A DNA stretch of 64,000 bases from Candidatus Omnitrophota bacterium. Lineage in GTDB: Bacteria; Omnitrophota; Gorgyraeia; Zapsychrales; Zapsychraceae. The notes under the pieces were generated by a model. That model was given only the letters and a program-made list of their open reading frames with translations, searched no databases and was not told where the DNA came from. Shown here piece after piece: positions 1-8,895 of the stretch (positions within the stretch are counted from its first letter, which is position 1; every line of letters starts with the position of its first letter). The stretch is taken from contig JANQMA010000014.1 of assembly GCA_028280285.1 (NCBI GenBank), positions 907-64,906 of the forward strand. The letters are read 5' to 3'. The position numbers were made by a program, and so were the translations under genes.

Positions 1-28
1 TCTAAAATACCTTCATGTAATAGATGTA

Positions 29-2647
29 ATGGATAAATTTTGGACAAATGGTCAAAATCCTTTGGATGCATGGAAGATGTTCAAACAAGATGTTGGTGGT
101 GATACTATAAATGTTATTTTTAGTGCTGATTTTACAAATGATATGGCAGAGTCTTTTAAGGCCTTTGAAGTATTGATAGAAAGCTGGAATGAAAATCCAG
201 ATAAATTTGTTGTAATGAATGATGTTTTAAAGAATTTTTCAGAAGATTTTTATAACCAGGTGGTATCTAGTGGCACAGGATACGAGGCATTTTTTGACAA
301 TTTTGGCGAGTATATAAAAGAAGACGATCTTCTGCAATCGAGTTTTATCTTATCCCAAATGCTTATGGATGCCGAACAGGTTTTTGAAAAATTCAATATA
401 GTAGATAGTGGTTTTGATAGTTTATCAACTTATTTAGGGGTTGCTAAGTATGTTGGGATATATGGAAAAGATGTCGTATTAAATGCTAATGATGCTTTTG
501 AAATACTTGATCGTGGTGAAGGGAGAGTTTCTGATCGTTATTTTGTTGCTAATGATAAGGGTGATATAGCAAGAATAACTAACGAAAAATATTTTGATGC
601 GGCTCAAAGGCATGGCGATAAGTTTGGTGTTCATGTTCAAAATGTATTGCGATTTTTTGAATCCGAAGAAGGAGCATATAGTAATGACAAGTTTGAGGAT
701 ACGGTTATAAATATAAGATTGCGTCAAACTATGCCAGAGCTTGTAGATTTATATGTAAAATTTGGTGCTAATGCTTTTCAGAGCGCTCTTAATGATAGTG
801 TACGTAGTAAGTTATTTCAAGGCCAAGGAAGTGAAGATTTTTTAAATCAATTTAAAAGTGAACTAGGAGATGAGGCTTCGCTTGGGCGTGAAAATGAAGT
901 CGACTCGGCAGCGATGGCGGAGCAGGATGATAATACCGCTCTAACAGATGAACAAATAAAACAGAGGTCTGATCCACGTTATACGAAAATTATTTTTGAA
1001 ATGCACAAAATTATTAAACATGCTGTTGGGGTTATGGGTGGAACTGAGAATGACGTTCAGCGTATTGCGGAAAAAGTACAGTTGGACATTATTAATCAAA
1101 GACGTTCTGGATATAACAAAGAAAGTGCGACAATATATTGGAATCCTAATAATGGATATGAAGGCCTTGGTTCTGAGGTTGGACATGCGATCCATTATAT
1201 TCTTGGGAGTGAAGATATACATAGGGGAATCGCTGAGGTTTACGATGCTTATGTCCATTATTTAGTTGCTAATAAGACAGCAATACAACAAAGGAGTGGT
1301 GTTTTTAGTGAGGAAAGAATTATTATTGGCAGGGCGTTGTTAAAGTTTATTGAGTCAGAGGAAAATCCATGGAAATGGAAAGATATAAATACATTGAATA
1401 ATGAAGAAGGTGTTCAGTTTTATCGAAAGTTTTATTTATTTTTGGTAGATGAATATGTTAATGTTCATCAGAGTGAAGATATTCTATATGATGCAAAAAG
1501 ATTGAAGGATTTCTTGGATAAAACTAAGAGGGATGTATATGATAAGTTTACTCATTTTATTGGTGTAGCTCTTTTAGAGAGGTTATTATCTTTTAATGAT
1601 AATGATATTTTAGCTGTCGGAAGGCAGTTATTTAAAGCATTAAATGATGAAAATATTGATTTCGAAACACCGAGCTCGTTTATAAGGGATGTTGTGTATG
1701 ACAGAACGGAAGACTTGGATATTATGGGTGATAAAAAACCTATAGATTTTCTGACAATAGGACAATTAGGCGATTTCGATTCATTGGCATTAGAAGAAGG
1801 TTTGTTAAAAGATGCAATGGATATTTCCTTTAGAGGCGAATCAGAAATTCATATGATGCCTCGGTATAATTTAGGGGGGCTGATTGAAGAAACTATTAAA
1901 ACACGTAGGAAAACAAAAATACAGGCAGTAGAATCAAGGGCTGAACTTAAACCCGAAAAAATATGGAGAGCGGTAGATCCGGTAAAGCTAGATCTGGTTG
2001 TATTAGCTGAAATGCCAACTCCGGTAAAGCTAGATGTGGTTGGATTAGATAGAATGCCAACTTATGATTTTGTTAATTTAAGGCCTCCTGAAGAAATAAG
2101 GAGATCAAATACAAAGTCTATTTATCGTTTTTTAATTTCAAATGATAAAATTATGCCCAGTGATCGATTCCGTCTGAGATTAAATTATTATAAATGGGTA
2201 GTTTCTGAAAAATTTCAAACTTGGCGGGATACTATATATTCTTTAGCCATTAAGCTTTCCCATCCAGAATATGAAGCATTGGAAGATCTGCCGGTGGAGG
2301 AATCAGATGATGAGAAAGACTCTGCTATGATAGTGAAGCAAGATCCGGCAAATCTCGGTGGGATTGATTTGAATCCAGCCAACTGGGAGCTTAAGACCAA
2401 GGGCATGCAAGGCTCGGATTGTTCGGAAGACGGGTTTGATGATTGTTTGAAGTTTGATATTCCTCAGGAGCAAATTGAGCAGTTACGTTTAAGCATTGAC
2501 GGGCTGGTGCCGGTGATTATTAACGTCCAGCCGGTGACCAATCTCCCACTATTTTTAGGTCTTGCTGATGAATTGCCGGATGAAAAGCAGCCGCAAAGGG
2601 AATCGGAGGAGGAGCTGGTCCTCGACGCTTTTATCAAAGAGTCTTAG
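29..2647 (+). CDS. Large hypothetical protein (872 aa) with no N-terminal signal peptide; carries the conserved C-terminal module shared with the two giant proteins
   Basis: Long ORF with an in-frame TAA at 26-28 just upstream, so the start lies inside the window. Its last ~90 aa (GGIDLNPANWELKTKG ... IDGLVPVIINVQPVTNLPLFLGLADELPDE plus an acidic tail) align with the C-termini of the ORFs ending at 31006 and 62247 and with the fragment at 3861-4069. No recognisable catalytic motif. Confidence 0.6.
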   Translation: MDKFWTNGQNPLDAWKMFKQDVGGDTINVIFSADFTNDMAESFKAFEVLIESWNENPDKFVVMNDVLKNFSEDFYNQVVSSGTGYEAFFDNFGEYIKEDDLLQSSFILSQMLMDAEQVFEKFNIVDSGFDSLSTYLGVAKYVGIYGKDVVLNANDAFEILDRGEGRVSDRYFVANDKGDIARITNEKYFDAAQRHGDKFGVHVQNVLRFFESEEGAYSNDKFEDTVINIRLRQTMPELVDLYVKFGANAFQSALNDSVRSKLFQGQGSEDFLNQFKSELGDEASLGRENEVDSAAMAEQDDNTALTDEQIKQRSDPRYTKIIFEMHKIIKHAVGVMGGTENDVQRIAEKVQLDIINQRRSGYNKESATIYWNPNNGYEGLGSEVGHAIHYILGSEDIHRGIAEVYDAYVHYLVANKTAIQQRSGVFSEERIIIGRALLKFIESEENPWKWKDINTLNNEEGVQFYRKFYLFLVDEYVNVHQSEDILYDAKRLKDFLDKTKRDVYDKFTHFIGVALLERLLSFNDNDILAVGRQLFKALNDENIDFETPSSFIRDVVYDRTEDLDIMGDKKPIDFLTIGQLGDFDSLALEEGLLKDAMDISFRGESEIHMMPRYNLGGLIEETIKTRRKTKIQAVESRAELKPEKIWRAVDPVKLDLVVLAEMPTPVKLDVVGLDRMPTYDFVNLRPPEEIRRSNTKSIYRFLISNDKIMPSDRFRLRLNYYKWVVSEKFQTWRDTIYSLAIKLSHPEYEALEDLPVEESDDEKDSAMIVKQDPANLGGIDLNPANWELKTKGMQGSDCSEDGFDDCLKFDIPQEQIEQLRLSIDGLVPVIINVQPVTNLPLFLGLADELPDEKQPQRESEEELVLDAFIKES
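1979..2062 (+). repeat. In-frame 42-bp tandem duplication (x2) inside the 872-aa ORF (PVKLDLVVLAEMPT / PVKLDVVGLDRMPT)
   Basis: ccggtaaagctagatctggttgtattagctgaaatgccaact is followed directly by ccggtaaagctagatgtggttggattagatagaatgccaact. Confidence 0.8.
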
Positions 2648-2654
2648 ATAATTT

Positions 2655-2707
2655 TTACATATTGATAATTATATTGACAATATGTAAATTTGTGTTATCT
2701 TTAAGAT
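2655..2707 (+). promoter_or_regulatory. Candidate sigma70-type promoter inside a perfect 10-bp inverted repeat, upstream of ATPase gene 1
   Basis: TTGACA at 2674-2679, a 16-nt spacer, then TATCTT at 2696-2701, about 7 nt before the ATG at 2708. Perfect inverted repeat ttacatattg (2655-2664) / caatatgtaa (2678-2687) overlaps the -35. Confidence 0.4.
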
Positions 2708-3868
2708 ATGATCGAGCGTCATTTAGCAAAACAAATTAAGCGATATGCCCGCCAATATCCGGTGATTACCCTTACCGGTCCACGCCAATCTGGTAAGACG
2801 ACACTGTGTCAAAAACTATTTAATAAACACACGTATTATTCTCTAGAAGACCTTGATATACGTCAGCAAGCCAAACAGGATCCGCGTGCATTCCTACAAC
2901 GGTGCAGTAGAAAGGGCGCTGTTCTCGATGAGATCCAACGTGTACCCGAGTTGACATCTTATATTCAGGGTATTGTTGATGAGCATAAGAAAAACGGGAT
3001 GTTTATTTTAACAGGAAGTCAAAACTTTCAAGTTATTGACACTGTTTCCCAATCACTCGCTGGGCGGACTGCTTTGGCCACGTTATTGCCGTTTAGTTTT
3101 TCTGAGGTTTACGATAAAAAGTGTCCTTCCTTAGATAAACTTCTTTTGATGGGGTTTTATCCGCGTATCCATGACAAGAAGCTTAAGCCTGCCGATATGC
3201 TTTCATTCTATATTAATACGTATTTGGAGCGGGATATGCGCGCACTTTTAAATGTAAAAGACTTAGGACAGTTCGAAGTTTTTTTAAAGTTATGTGCGGC
3301 CCGAACGGGACAGGTTTTGAATATGTCAAATCTGGCCAATGACTGCGGCGTTAATCATAATACTATAAAAAGTTGGCTTAGTGTTCTTGAAGCCAGCTAT
3401 ATTATTCATTTAGTTAGGCCGCATCATCGTAATTTTCGAAAACGGCTAATCAAATCACCAAAGCTTTATTTTATTGACGTTGGTTTAGCGGCCTATCTAT
3501 TGGATATCATAAAGGTTGAGCATATGGCCAATCATCCATTGCGCGGGGCGTTATTTGAAACATTTGTTGTTGCTGAAATTCTTAAAATGCGCTTCAATAA
3601 TGGGCAAAGATCTAATCTATATTATTTTCGGGATAATGTTGGTAATGAAGTTGATCTCATTCTTGATTACGGCACAGATGTCATTGCCATCGAGATCAAA
3701 TCTGGAAAGACAATGAATGCGAGCTTTTTAAAAGGCTTGCACTATTACAAAAAATTAAATAAAAGACATGTGAAACAGTCTATTCTTATCTATGGTGGAG
3801 AGGATGCGTATAAATATTTAGAATGTGATGTTATGGGTTATAAAAATATTGCTTCTGTTAAAATTTGA
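2708..3868 (+). CDS. AAA+ ATPase of the DUF4143 / COG1373 family (386 aa)
   Basis: N-terminal Walker A (TGPRQSGKTTL) and Walker B (VLDEIQRV) motifs; the C-terminal half matches the DUF4143 architecture of the COG1373 'predicted ATPase' family. Confidence 0.8.
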   Translation: MIERHLAKQIKRYARQYPVITLTGPRQSGKTTLCQKLFNKHTYYSLEDLDIRQQAKQDPRAFLQRCSRKGAVLDEIQRVPELTSYIQGIVDEHKKNGMFILTGSQNFQVIDTVSQSLAGRTALATLLPFSFSEVYDKKCPSLDKLLLMGFYPRIHDKKLKPADMLSFYINTYLERDMRALLNVKDLGQFEVFLKLCAARTGQVLNMSNLANDCGVNHNTIKSWLSVLEASYIIHLVRPHHRNFRKRLIKSPKLYFIDVGLAAYLLDIIKVEHMANHPLRGALFETFVVAEILKMRFNNGQRSNLYYFRDNVGNEVDLILDYGTDVIAIEIKSGKTMNASFLKGLHYYKKLNKRHVKQSILIYGGEDAYKYLECDVMGYKNIASVKI

Positions 3869-4069
3869 TATTCATAGGAGCAGATCGAGCAATTACGCTT
3901 AAGCATTGACGGGCTTGTGCCGGTGATTATTAATGTCCAGCCGATGACCAATCTTCCATTATTTTTAGGCCTGGCAGATGACTTGCCGGATGACGAAGAG
4001 CCGTTTGAAGCAGCGAAGGCCGAAATCGGTGATTTGTCGGCCGTGTGGCAAGAGCAAACAATTTATTGA
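3861..4069 (+). pseudogene. Orphan 3' fragment of the conserved C-terminal module (no start codon), about 90% nt-identical to 2447-2580
   Basis: After two stop codons, translates in frame to EQIEQLRLSIDGLVPVIINVQPMTNLPLFLGLADDLPDDEEPF...QTIY* (3878-4069). The DNA homology to the 3' end of the 29-2647 gene starts at about 3861 (aaatttgatattc), inside the last codons of ATPase gene 1. Confidence 0.6.
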
Positions 4070-4104
4070 CTTTTATGACCTTTTAGGTTATATTAGTCAA
4101 TATT
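4066..4104 (+). promoter_or_regulatory. Candidate sigma70 promoter for ATPase gene 2 (TTGACT-17-TATATT)
   Basis: TTGACT at 4066-4071 overlaps the fragment's stop codon; 17-nt spacer; TATATT at 4089-4094; ATG at 4105. A 7-bp inverted repeat attgact / agtcaat flanks it. Confidence 0.45.
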
Positions 4105-5310
4105 ATGATTAAACGATTTATTTCCAATAGCTTACAAGACGAAATTTCCCAACCGGAAATCAATATCCTTCTGGGTCCCCGGCAGGTTGGTAAAACAACG
4201 CTTCTCAAACAGCTTAAAGCGTATGCCAAAAGAGCGAGGCGTACGCCTTGTTTTTTTGATTTAGAGCAGCCGCAAATTCTTGCCCAATTCAATAGTTCTC
4301 CAACAGAAGTGATCGAAACTTTAAAAAGTGCCGGTGATGTTATTTTTATCGATGAATTTCAATACATTCAAAATGCCTCAAAAATATTTAAGGCTATTTA
4401 TGATGCGGGTAAGAATATTAAAATTATCTGTTCAGGTTCTTCTTCGATTGAAATTCATAAGCATCTTAAGGAAAGCCTTGCGGGGCGAAAGTTTCTTTTT
4501 CGTATTTATCCACTATCATTTGATGAAATACGCAAAAGATTAAAGGGTTCTTTGGAAGCGTATCTACTTTATGGAGGCCTTCCCGGACTTACGCATACAG
4601 ACGATTTTGCACGAAAACGTTTGATGCTTGATGAGTTATTAAGCAGCTACATATTAAAAGATATTAAATCACTGATCAAAGAAGAGAACATCCGCGCGTT
4701 CAATCATCTGCTTTATTTGCTTGCGCAAAATCAAGGATCAACGATCTCAATAACCGGTCTTGCTAATCAGGTTAACTTGAGTGTAAAAGCGGTCAGTCGT
4801 TATTTGGACATTCTCGAGCAAACGTATGTTAATTTTAGAGTACATAGTTATTCTAATAATCTTGGTAATGAATTAAAAAAATCATGTAAACATTACCTTT
4901 ATGACCTGGGTATACGTAATGCACTGCTTAAGGACTTTTCGTCGATAAAAAATCGTAAGGATAAAGGGGTTTTATATGAAAGTTTTGTCTTTCTTTCGTT
5001 GCTTGTGCGGCTGCAAACGAACATGGAGTTGAAATTTTGGCGCACAAAAGACGGTGATGAAGTTGATTTCATTCTTTTAGAGAATCGCATTCCTTTGCCT
5101 ATTGAGGTAAAAAGTAAGTTAAACAGCTCCTCTATACCAAAGGGATTAAAAAGATTTCTACTGCGTTACAGCGATGTGAAACACGCTTATGTTGTTAATG
5201 AAAACCTTACCGATCAAATTACTTACAAGTCCTGTACCATTGATTTTATAACTTTTGAAAATATCTCCTCCATCATTACGTCTCCGCTCATAAGAATGGA
5301 GGCTTCTTGA
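4105..5310 (+). CDS. AAA+ ATPase of the DUF4143 / COG1373 family (401 aa), divergent paralog of the 2708-3868 gene
   Basis: Walker A (LGPRQVGKTTL) and Walker B (FIDEFQYI); same domain order as the gene at 2708; about 30% identity over the N-terminal region. Confidence 0.8.
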   Translation: MIKRFISNSLQDEISQPEINILLGPRQVGKTTLLKQLKAYAKRARRTPCFFDLEQPQILAQFNSSPTEVIETLKSAGDVIFIDEFQYIQNASKIFKAIYDAGKNIKIICSGSSSIEIHKHLKESLAGRKFLFRIYPLSFDEIRKRLKGSLEAYLLYGGLPGLTHTDDFARKRLMLDELLSSYILKDIKSLIKEENIRAFNHLLYLLAQNQGSTISITGLANQVNLSVKAVSRYLDILEQTYVNFRVHSYSNNLGNELKKSCKHYLYDLGIRNALLKDFSSIKNRKDKGVLYESFVFLSLLVRLQTNMELKFWRTKDGDEVDFILLENRIPLPIEVKSKLNSSSIPKGLKRFLLRYSDVKHAYVVNENLTDQITYKSCTIDFITFENISSIITSPLIRMEAS

Positions 5311-5464
5311 TTTTTTAAGGGTTTATTCTCTAATTCTAAAATTACTCCTTTAATCTTGACTATTATTTAATTACTTGTAACATATCTGCATACTTAGATA
5401 TTTCTGATAATATTTCTCTAGATCCCTAGCGGTTGAAGGTTAAGGGACCTCGTTTATCAATACA

Positions 5465-6346
5465 ATGGACGAATCGCAAAACCCTACAGAAGAAACAGAA
5501 AACGAGGAAGAAAAACCTTTTTTAAAGGTTATCGTTCATTCGTTCTTTATCATCCCGTTTTTGATTGCTGTTTTTTGCGTCATTCTTTTTGCCGGCATGC
5601 ATCTTTTAACGAGAGAAAACCGCACTGTTTATGATTACCTTGAAGATGTCAAGGCAGGCGGTGTAACCAAACGCTGGCAGGGAGCCTTTGAACTTTCTAA
5701 AATTTTAGCCAACCCCAAACTCCTTCCGGAAGACACCCGTTTTTATGACGAGCTGATCGGTGCCTTTGAGCAAGCGCGCCATGACGATAATCGTGTGCGT
5801 CAGTATTTGGCATTGGCCATGGGGCGTACCGAGCGCACGGAATTCTTACAGCCGTTACTCGATGGGCTTAAAGCCGAAAAGGAAGAGAATTTACCGGCGA
5901 TTATTTATGCGATTGGTATGCTTAAGCAAAAAGAGTCAGCCAAGTATTTGTACGATTTCTTAGCACACCCTAATGCACGCATTCGTTCCATTGCAACTGT
6001 TGCGCTAGGTAATTTAGGGGACAGAGCTTCGATCAAACAGCTTAAGAAGGTACTTGGGGATAGCGAGCCGAATGTCAGGTGGGGTGCGGCGATTTCACTC
6101 GCTAACCTGGACGACGACAGCGGTAAAGAGATTTTATTACAACTCTTAACACGCAGTTATTACGAAAGTTACGAGCAAGTCGATCAAAATGAAGTTAAAA
6201 ATTTAATTCTATCTACTATTGACGCATGTCAAAAATTAGATAATAATGACTTAAACGTTGCAATTAAACAATTAGCAGAATCAGACCCCAATATGAAAAT
6301 ACGCGCACGCGCACTTGAGGCACTTAACAAAAAAAATAATGAGTAG
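5465..6346 (+). CDS. HEAT / PBS-lyase-like repeat protein with one N-terminal TM helix (293 aa)
   Basis: N-terminal hydrophobic helix, then repeated alpha-helical motifs (e.g. RIRSIATVALGNLGD, NVRWGAAISLANLDD). Its stop overlaps the Rieske start (ATGAGTAG). Confidence 0.5.
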   Translation: MDESQNPTEETENEEEKPFLKVIVHSFFIIPFLIAVFCVILFAGMHLLTRENRTVYDYLEDVKAGGVTKRWQGAFELSKILANPKLLPEDTRFYDELIGAFEQARHDDNRVRQYLALAMGRTERTEFLQPLLDGLKAEKEENLPAIIYAIGMLKQKESAKYLYDFLAHPNARIRSIATVALGNLGDRASIKQLKKVLGDSEPNVRWGAAISLANLDDDSGKEILLQLLTRSYYESYEQVDQNEVKNLILSTIDACQKLDNNDLNVAIKQLAESDPNMKIRARALEALNKKNNE

Positions 6347-6863
6347 TAATCCAAATAATCAAACCACACTTGATCAACCTGTTGAACGCAGATCTTTTAT
6401 CAAATGGGCCACCATTGGCTGGGCCGCCTTTATCGGTGTTGTTGGCGGCTACGCATCAATCCTCATCCGTTATCTTTTCCCTAATGTATTATTTGAGCCA
6501 AAACAGTCTTTCCGTGCCGGAAAGCCGGATGAGTATGTTATAGGAGAAGTCTCGGAACGATTTAAAGATTTGCATGGTGTCTGGATTGTCCGTGAGACAG
6601 ATAAGATTTATGCCTTGGCGACCGTCTGTACACATCTCGGTTGTACGCCGACATGGATGCCGGGTGAGGCCAAATTTAAATGCCCATGTCACGGATCTGG
6701 ATTTTATAAAAACGGGATTAATTTCGAAGGGCCGGCGCCACGACCGCTTGAAAGATATTTAATCGGGTTTAACGATAGCGGAGAAATCGTTATCGATAAG
6801 ACAAAAAAGTTTCAGTATGAAAAGGGAGAGTGGGATGATCCGCAATCCTTTATCGCAGCGTAA
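6339..6863 (+). CDS. petC: Rieske [2Fe-2S] iron-sulfur subunit of a cytochrome bc/b6f-type complex, Tat signal
   Basis: Twin-arginine motif (ERRSFIKW) and Rieske boxes CTHLGC ... CPCHGS. Most likely start is the ATG at 6339 (MSSNPNNQ); the ORF track's 6315 start overlaps the upstream gene. Confidence 0.85.
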   Translation: MSSNPNNQTTLDQPVERRSFIKWATIGWAAFIGVVGGYASILIRYLFPNVLFEPKQSFRAGKPDEYVIGEVSERFKDLHGVWIVRETDKIYALATVCTHLGCTPTWMPGEAKFKCPCHGSGFYKNGINFEGPAPRPLERYLIGFNDSGEIVIDKTKKFQYEKGEWDDPQSFIAA

Positions 6864-6864
6864 T

Positions 6865-6932
6865 ATGTGATCTGTGGTCCGTGGTCAGTGCTCTGATAAA
6901 GATCACAGAACACAGACAACAGACCACACATA
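6865..6932. repeat. Imperfect inverted repeat built from tandem heptamers (TCNGTGG / CAGANCA), downstream of the Rieske gene
   Basis: tgtgatc tgtggtc cgtggtc agtg ... gatcaca gaacaca gacaaca gaccaca. Member of the heptamer-palindrome family described in the findings. Confidence 0.45.
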
Positions 6933-6962
6933 AGCTATTGATGAACTACTTGGAGGAGCAAG

Positions 6963-7763
6963 GTGAGCAATCACGATCCGAATAAAGAAACACTATTTCA
7001 AAAAATGCAAAAGACACAGGTCTTTCGTGCCATTTTCAGAACCGGCGGGGCAATCGACACGCACAAAAAGCGTGTGCTGGTTACTCTTAATAATGTCTTT
7101 TTGCATCTTCATCCGGTGCGTTTGCCCAAACATGCGGTGAAAGTCAAATACACGTGGTGTATGGGTGGGCTTTCCTTTTTTGTTTTTCTTGTTTTGACTA
7201 TTACCGGGATTCTTTTGATGTTTTATTATCGCCCGACGGTTGAATATGCATATGGCGATGTGACGGATTTAAGCGAGCAAGTGCCGCTCGGCATTATGCG
7301 CGAAATCCACAGGTGGGCCGCGCATTTGATGGTTATTACGGTATGGCTGCACATGTTTCGTGTATTTATGACAGGTTCGTATAAACCGCCGCGTGAGTTT
7401 AACTGGATTGTCGGGGTTATTTTACTTATTTTAACGATGCTTATGAGTTTTACCGGTTATCTGCTTCCGTGGGATCAGCTGGCGATTTGGGCGATTACGG
7501 TTGGAGCTAATATGGCTGCCGCCACGCCGGTTATTGGTACCGCGGGGCCTGGCGCATCACTGCTCGCTATTGGTGATGTTAATTTTGTTCATGGAACAGC
7601 GGATGCCAAATTTGCGATGCTTGGCGGGCGTTTTGTCGGGGAGGCAGCGCTTATACGGTTTTATGTGTTGCATTGTATCGGCCTTCCGTTTGTGATGATG
7701 CTTTTTATGATTGTCCATTTCTGGCGGGTACGGAAGGACGGAGGGATATCAGGGCCGACATGA
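6963..7763 (+). CDS. petB: Cytochrome b, N-terminal (b6-like) half, GTG start
   Basis: Four-TM protein with conserved heme-ligand histidines ([18 protein letters not shown]) and the [10 protein letters not shown] motif typical of cytochrome b/b6. Confidence 0.85.
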   Translation: MSNHDPNKETLFQKMQKTQVFRAIFRTGGAIDTHKKRVLVTLNNVFLHLHPVRLPKHAVKVKYTWCMGGLSFFVFLVLTITGILLMFYYRPTVEYAYGDVTDLSEQVPLGIMREIHRWAAHLMVITVWLHMFRVFMTGSYKPPREFNWIVGVILLILTMLMSFTGYLLPWDQLAIWAITVGANMAAATPVIGTAGPGASLLAIGDVNFVHGTADAKFAMLGGRFVGEAALIRFYVLHCIGLPFVMMLFMIVHFWRVRKDGGISGPT

Positions 7764-8878
7764 TCGAATCTATCAAACTTTTTATCAATCAAATCACAGC
7801 ACCGCAAATCAGCTTTACCGCTATCATATTGCTGTTCTTCTTTATTTTTCCACCATCCGAGGGGCTCTATAAGTTTCATAAAAAGATAGGTCTGCATAAG
7901 CTTTGGACGAATGCGGGCGGCAAGTTTATGATGGGCGCTTTATTTTTGTTTTTTTGCTTCGGAATCATGGATGAAAACTTTCGTCTCATTGTAACAAAAG
8001 CGGATAATGTGCCGATTGTGGGGCTTTTATTTTTGGTTGTTTTCTTTTTGTGGTTTGCATTGAAACAAGGTTACGATAATGATAAACGCATCGAAGAAGG
8101 CAAGGGCCCGATCGAAGCCGAAGATGCCAAAGAAAAGGTGCTTGTTTGGCCTGATTTAGTTTATATTGAACTTATTGCGATCGTCGGCTGTTCCATTCTT
8201 TTACTCGTTTGGGCTATGGGGCTCGCCGCACCACTCGAAGCGCCGGCCAACCCAACTGTTTCCCCTAATCCGTCTAAAGCGCCATGGTACTTTCTTGGGC
8301 TTCAGGAAATGCTTGTCTATTTTGATCCGTGGATTGCCGGTGTGCTTTTCCCAGCGATTATTAAGCTTGGGTTTATGGCGATTCCTTTTATTGATAACAA
8401 TCCTAAGGGGGCCGGTTATTACACATTTAATGAAAGAAAAATGGCCATTTCCATTTTCTTATTTTTATGGCTTGTCCTTTGGATCTTTCTTATTTCTACA
8501 GGCACTTTCCTGCGTGGACCTAACTGGAACTTTTTTGGGCCGTTCGAATATTGGGATACGCATAAACTTGAGGCATTAACGAATATTAATCTTTCTGAGC
8601 TTGTCTACATGATCTGGCTGGGCCAAGCTTTGCCGGATAATATTCTTATAAGAGAAATGTGGGGATTTTTGTTGATCGGCGCTTACTTTGTCATTACACC
8701 GGCACTATTAACCGTTACAATATTTAAAAAAGTATTTCAGCGCCTTGGGCCTGTGCGTTACAGCGTGTTTATTGTTCTTTTGCTGCTTGCGTGCAGCCTG
8801 CCGATCAAAATGTATCTGAGATGGGCGTTTAATATTAAATACTTAGTCGCGATTCCGGAGTTCTTCTTTAATATTTAA
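7760..8878 (+). CDS. petD: Cytochrome b C-terminal half (subunit-IV-like, extended)
   Basis: Polytopic membrane protein with a PEWY-type Qo motif ([10 protein letters not shown]). Probable start is the ATG at 7760 overlapping the upstream stop (ATGA); the track's 7673 start overlaps the petB reading frame. Confidence 0.7.
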   Translation: MIESIKLFINQITAPQISFTAIILLFFFIFPPSEGLYKFHKKIGLHKLWTNAGGKFMMGALFLFFCFGIMDENFRLIVTKADNVPIVGLLFLVVFFLWFALKQGYDNDKRIEEGKGPIEAEDAKEKVLVWPDLVYIELIAIVGCSILLLVWAMGLAAPLEAPANPTVSPNPSKAPWYFLGLQEMLVYFDPWIAGVLFPAIIKLGFMAIPFIDNNPKGAGYYTFNERKMAISIFLFLWLVLWIFLISTGTFLRGPNWNFFGPFEYWDTHKLEALTNINLSELVYMIWLGQALPDNILIREMWGFLLIGAYFVITPALLTVTIFKKVFQRLGPVRYSVFIVLLLLACSLPIKMYLRWAFNIKYLVAIPEFFFNI

Positions 8879-8895
8879 GAGAAAGATTTTATCCT

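Noticed and set aside
479-1265. Short antisense or alternative-frame ORFs (479-727, 941-1258, 996-1265, 2215-2406, 3516-3716, 4083-4292, 4328-4543, 4899-5090, 5760-5963, etc.)
   Set aside because: They lie entirely inside longer, well-supported ORFs, are low-complexity or AT-codon rich, and have no motifs. Treated as spurious.
29-2647. The 872-aa ORF might be truncated by the window edge
   Set aside because: An in-frame TAA at 26-28 lies immediately upstream of the ATG at 29, so the start is inside the window. The real absence of a signal peptide is therefore noted.
2708-5310. The ATPases as IS21-type IstB helpers of an insertion sequence
   Set aside because: There is no transposase (IstA-like) gene, no terminal inverted repeats and no target-site duplication. 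The domain order matches DUF4143/COG1373 rather than IstB.
6315-6338. Upstream start (MRHLTKKI) for the Rieske gene
   Set aside because: It overlaps the HEAT-protein gene; the ATG at 6339 is immediately followed by the Tat-signal region.
7673-7760. Extended N-terminus (MYRPSVCDD...) for the cytochrome b C-terminal half as given in the ORF track
   Set aside because: It overlaps the petB reading frame by 90 nt. The ATG at 7760 gives the usual ATGA stop/start overlap and a sensible N-terminus.
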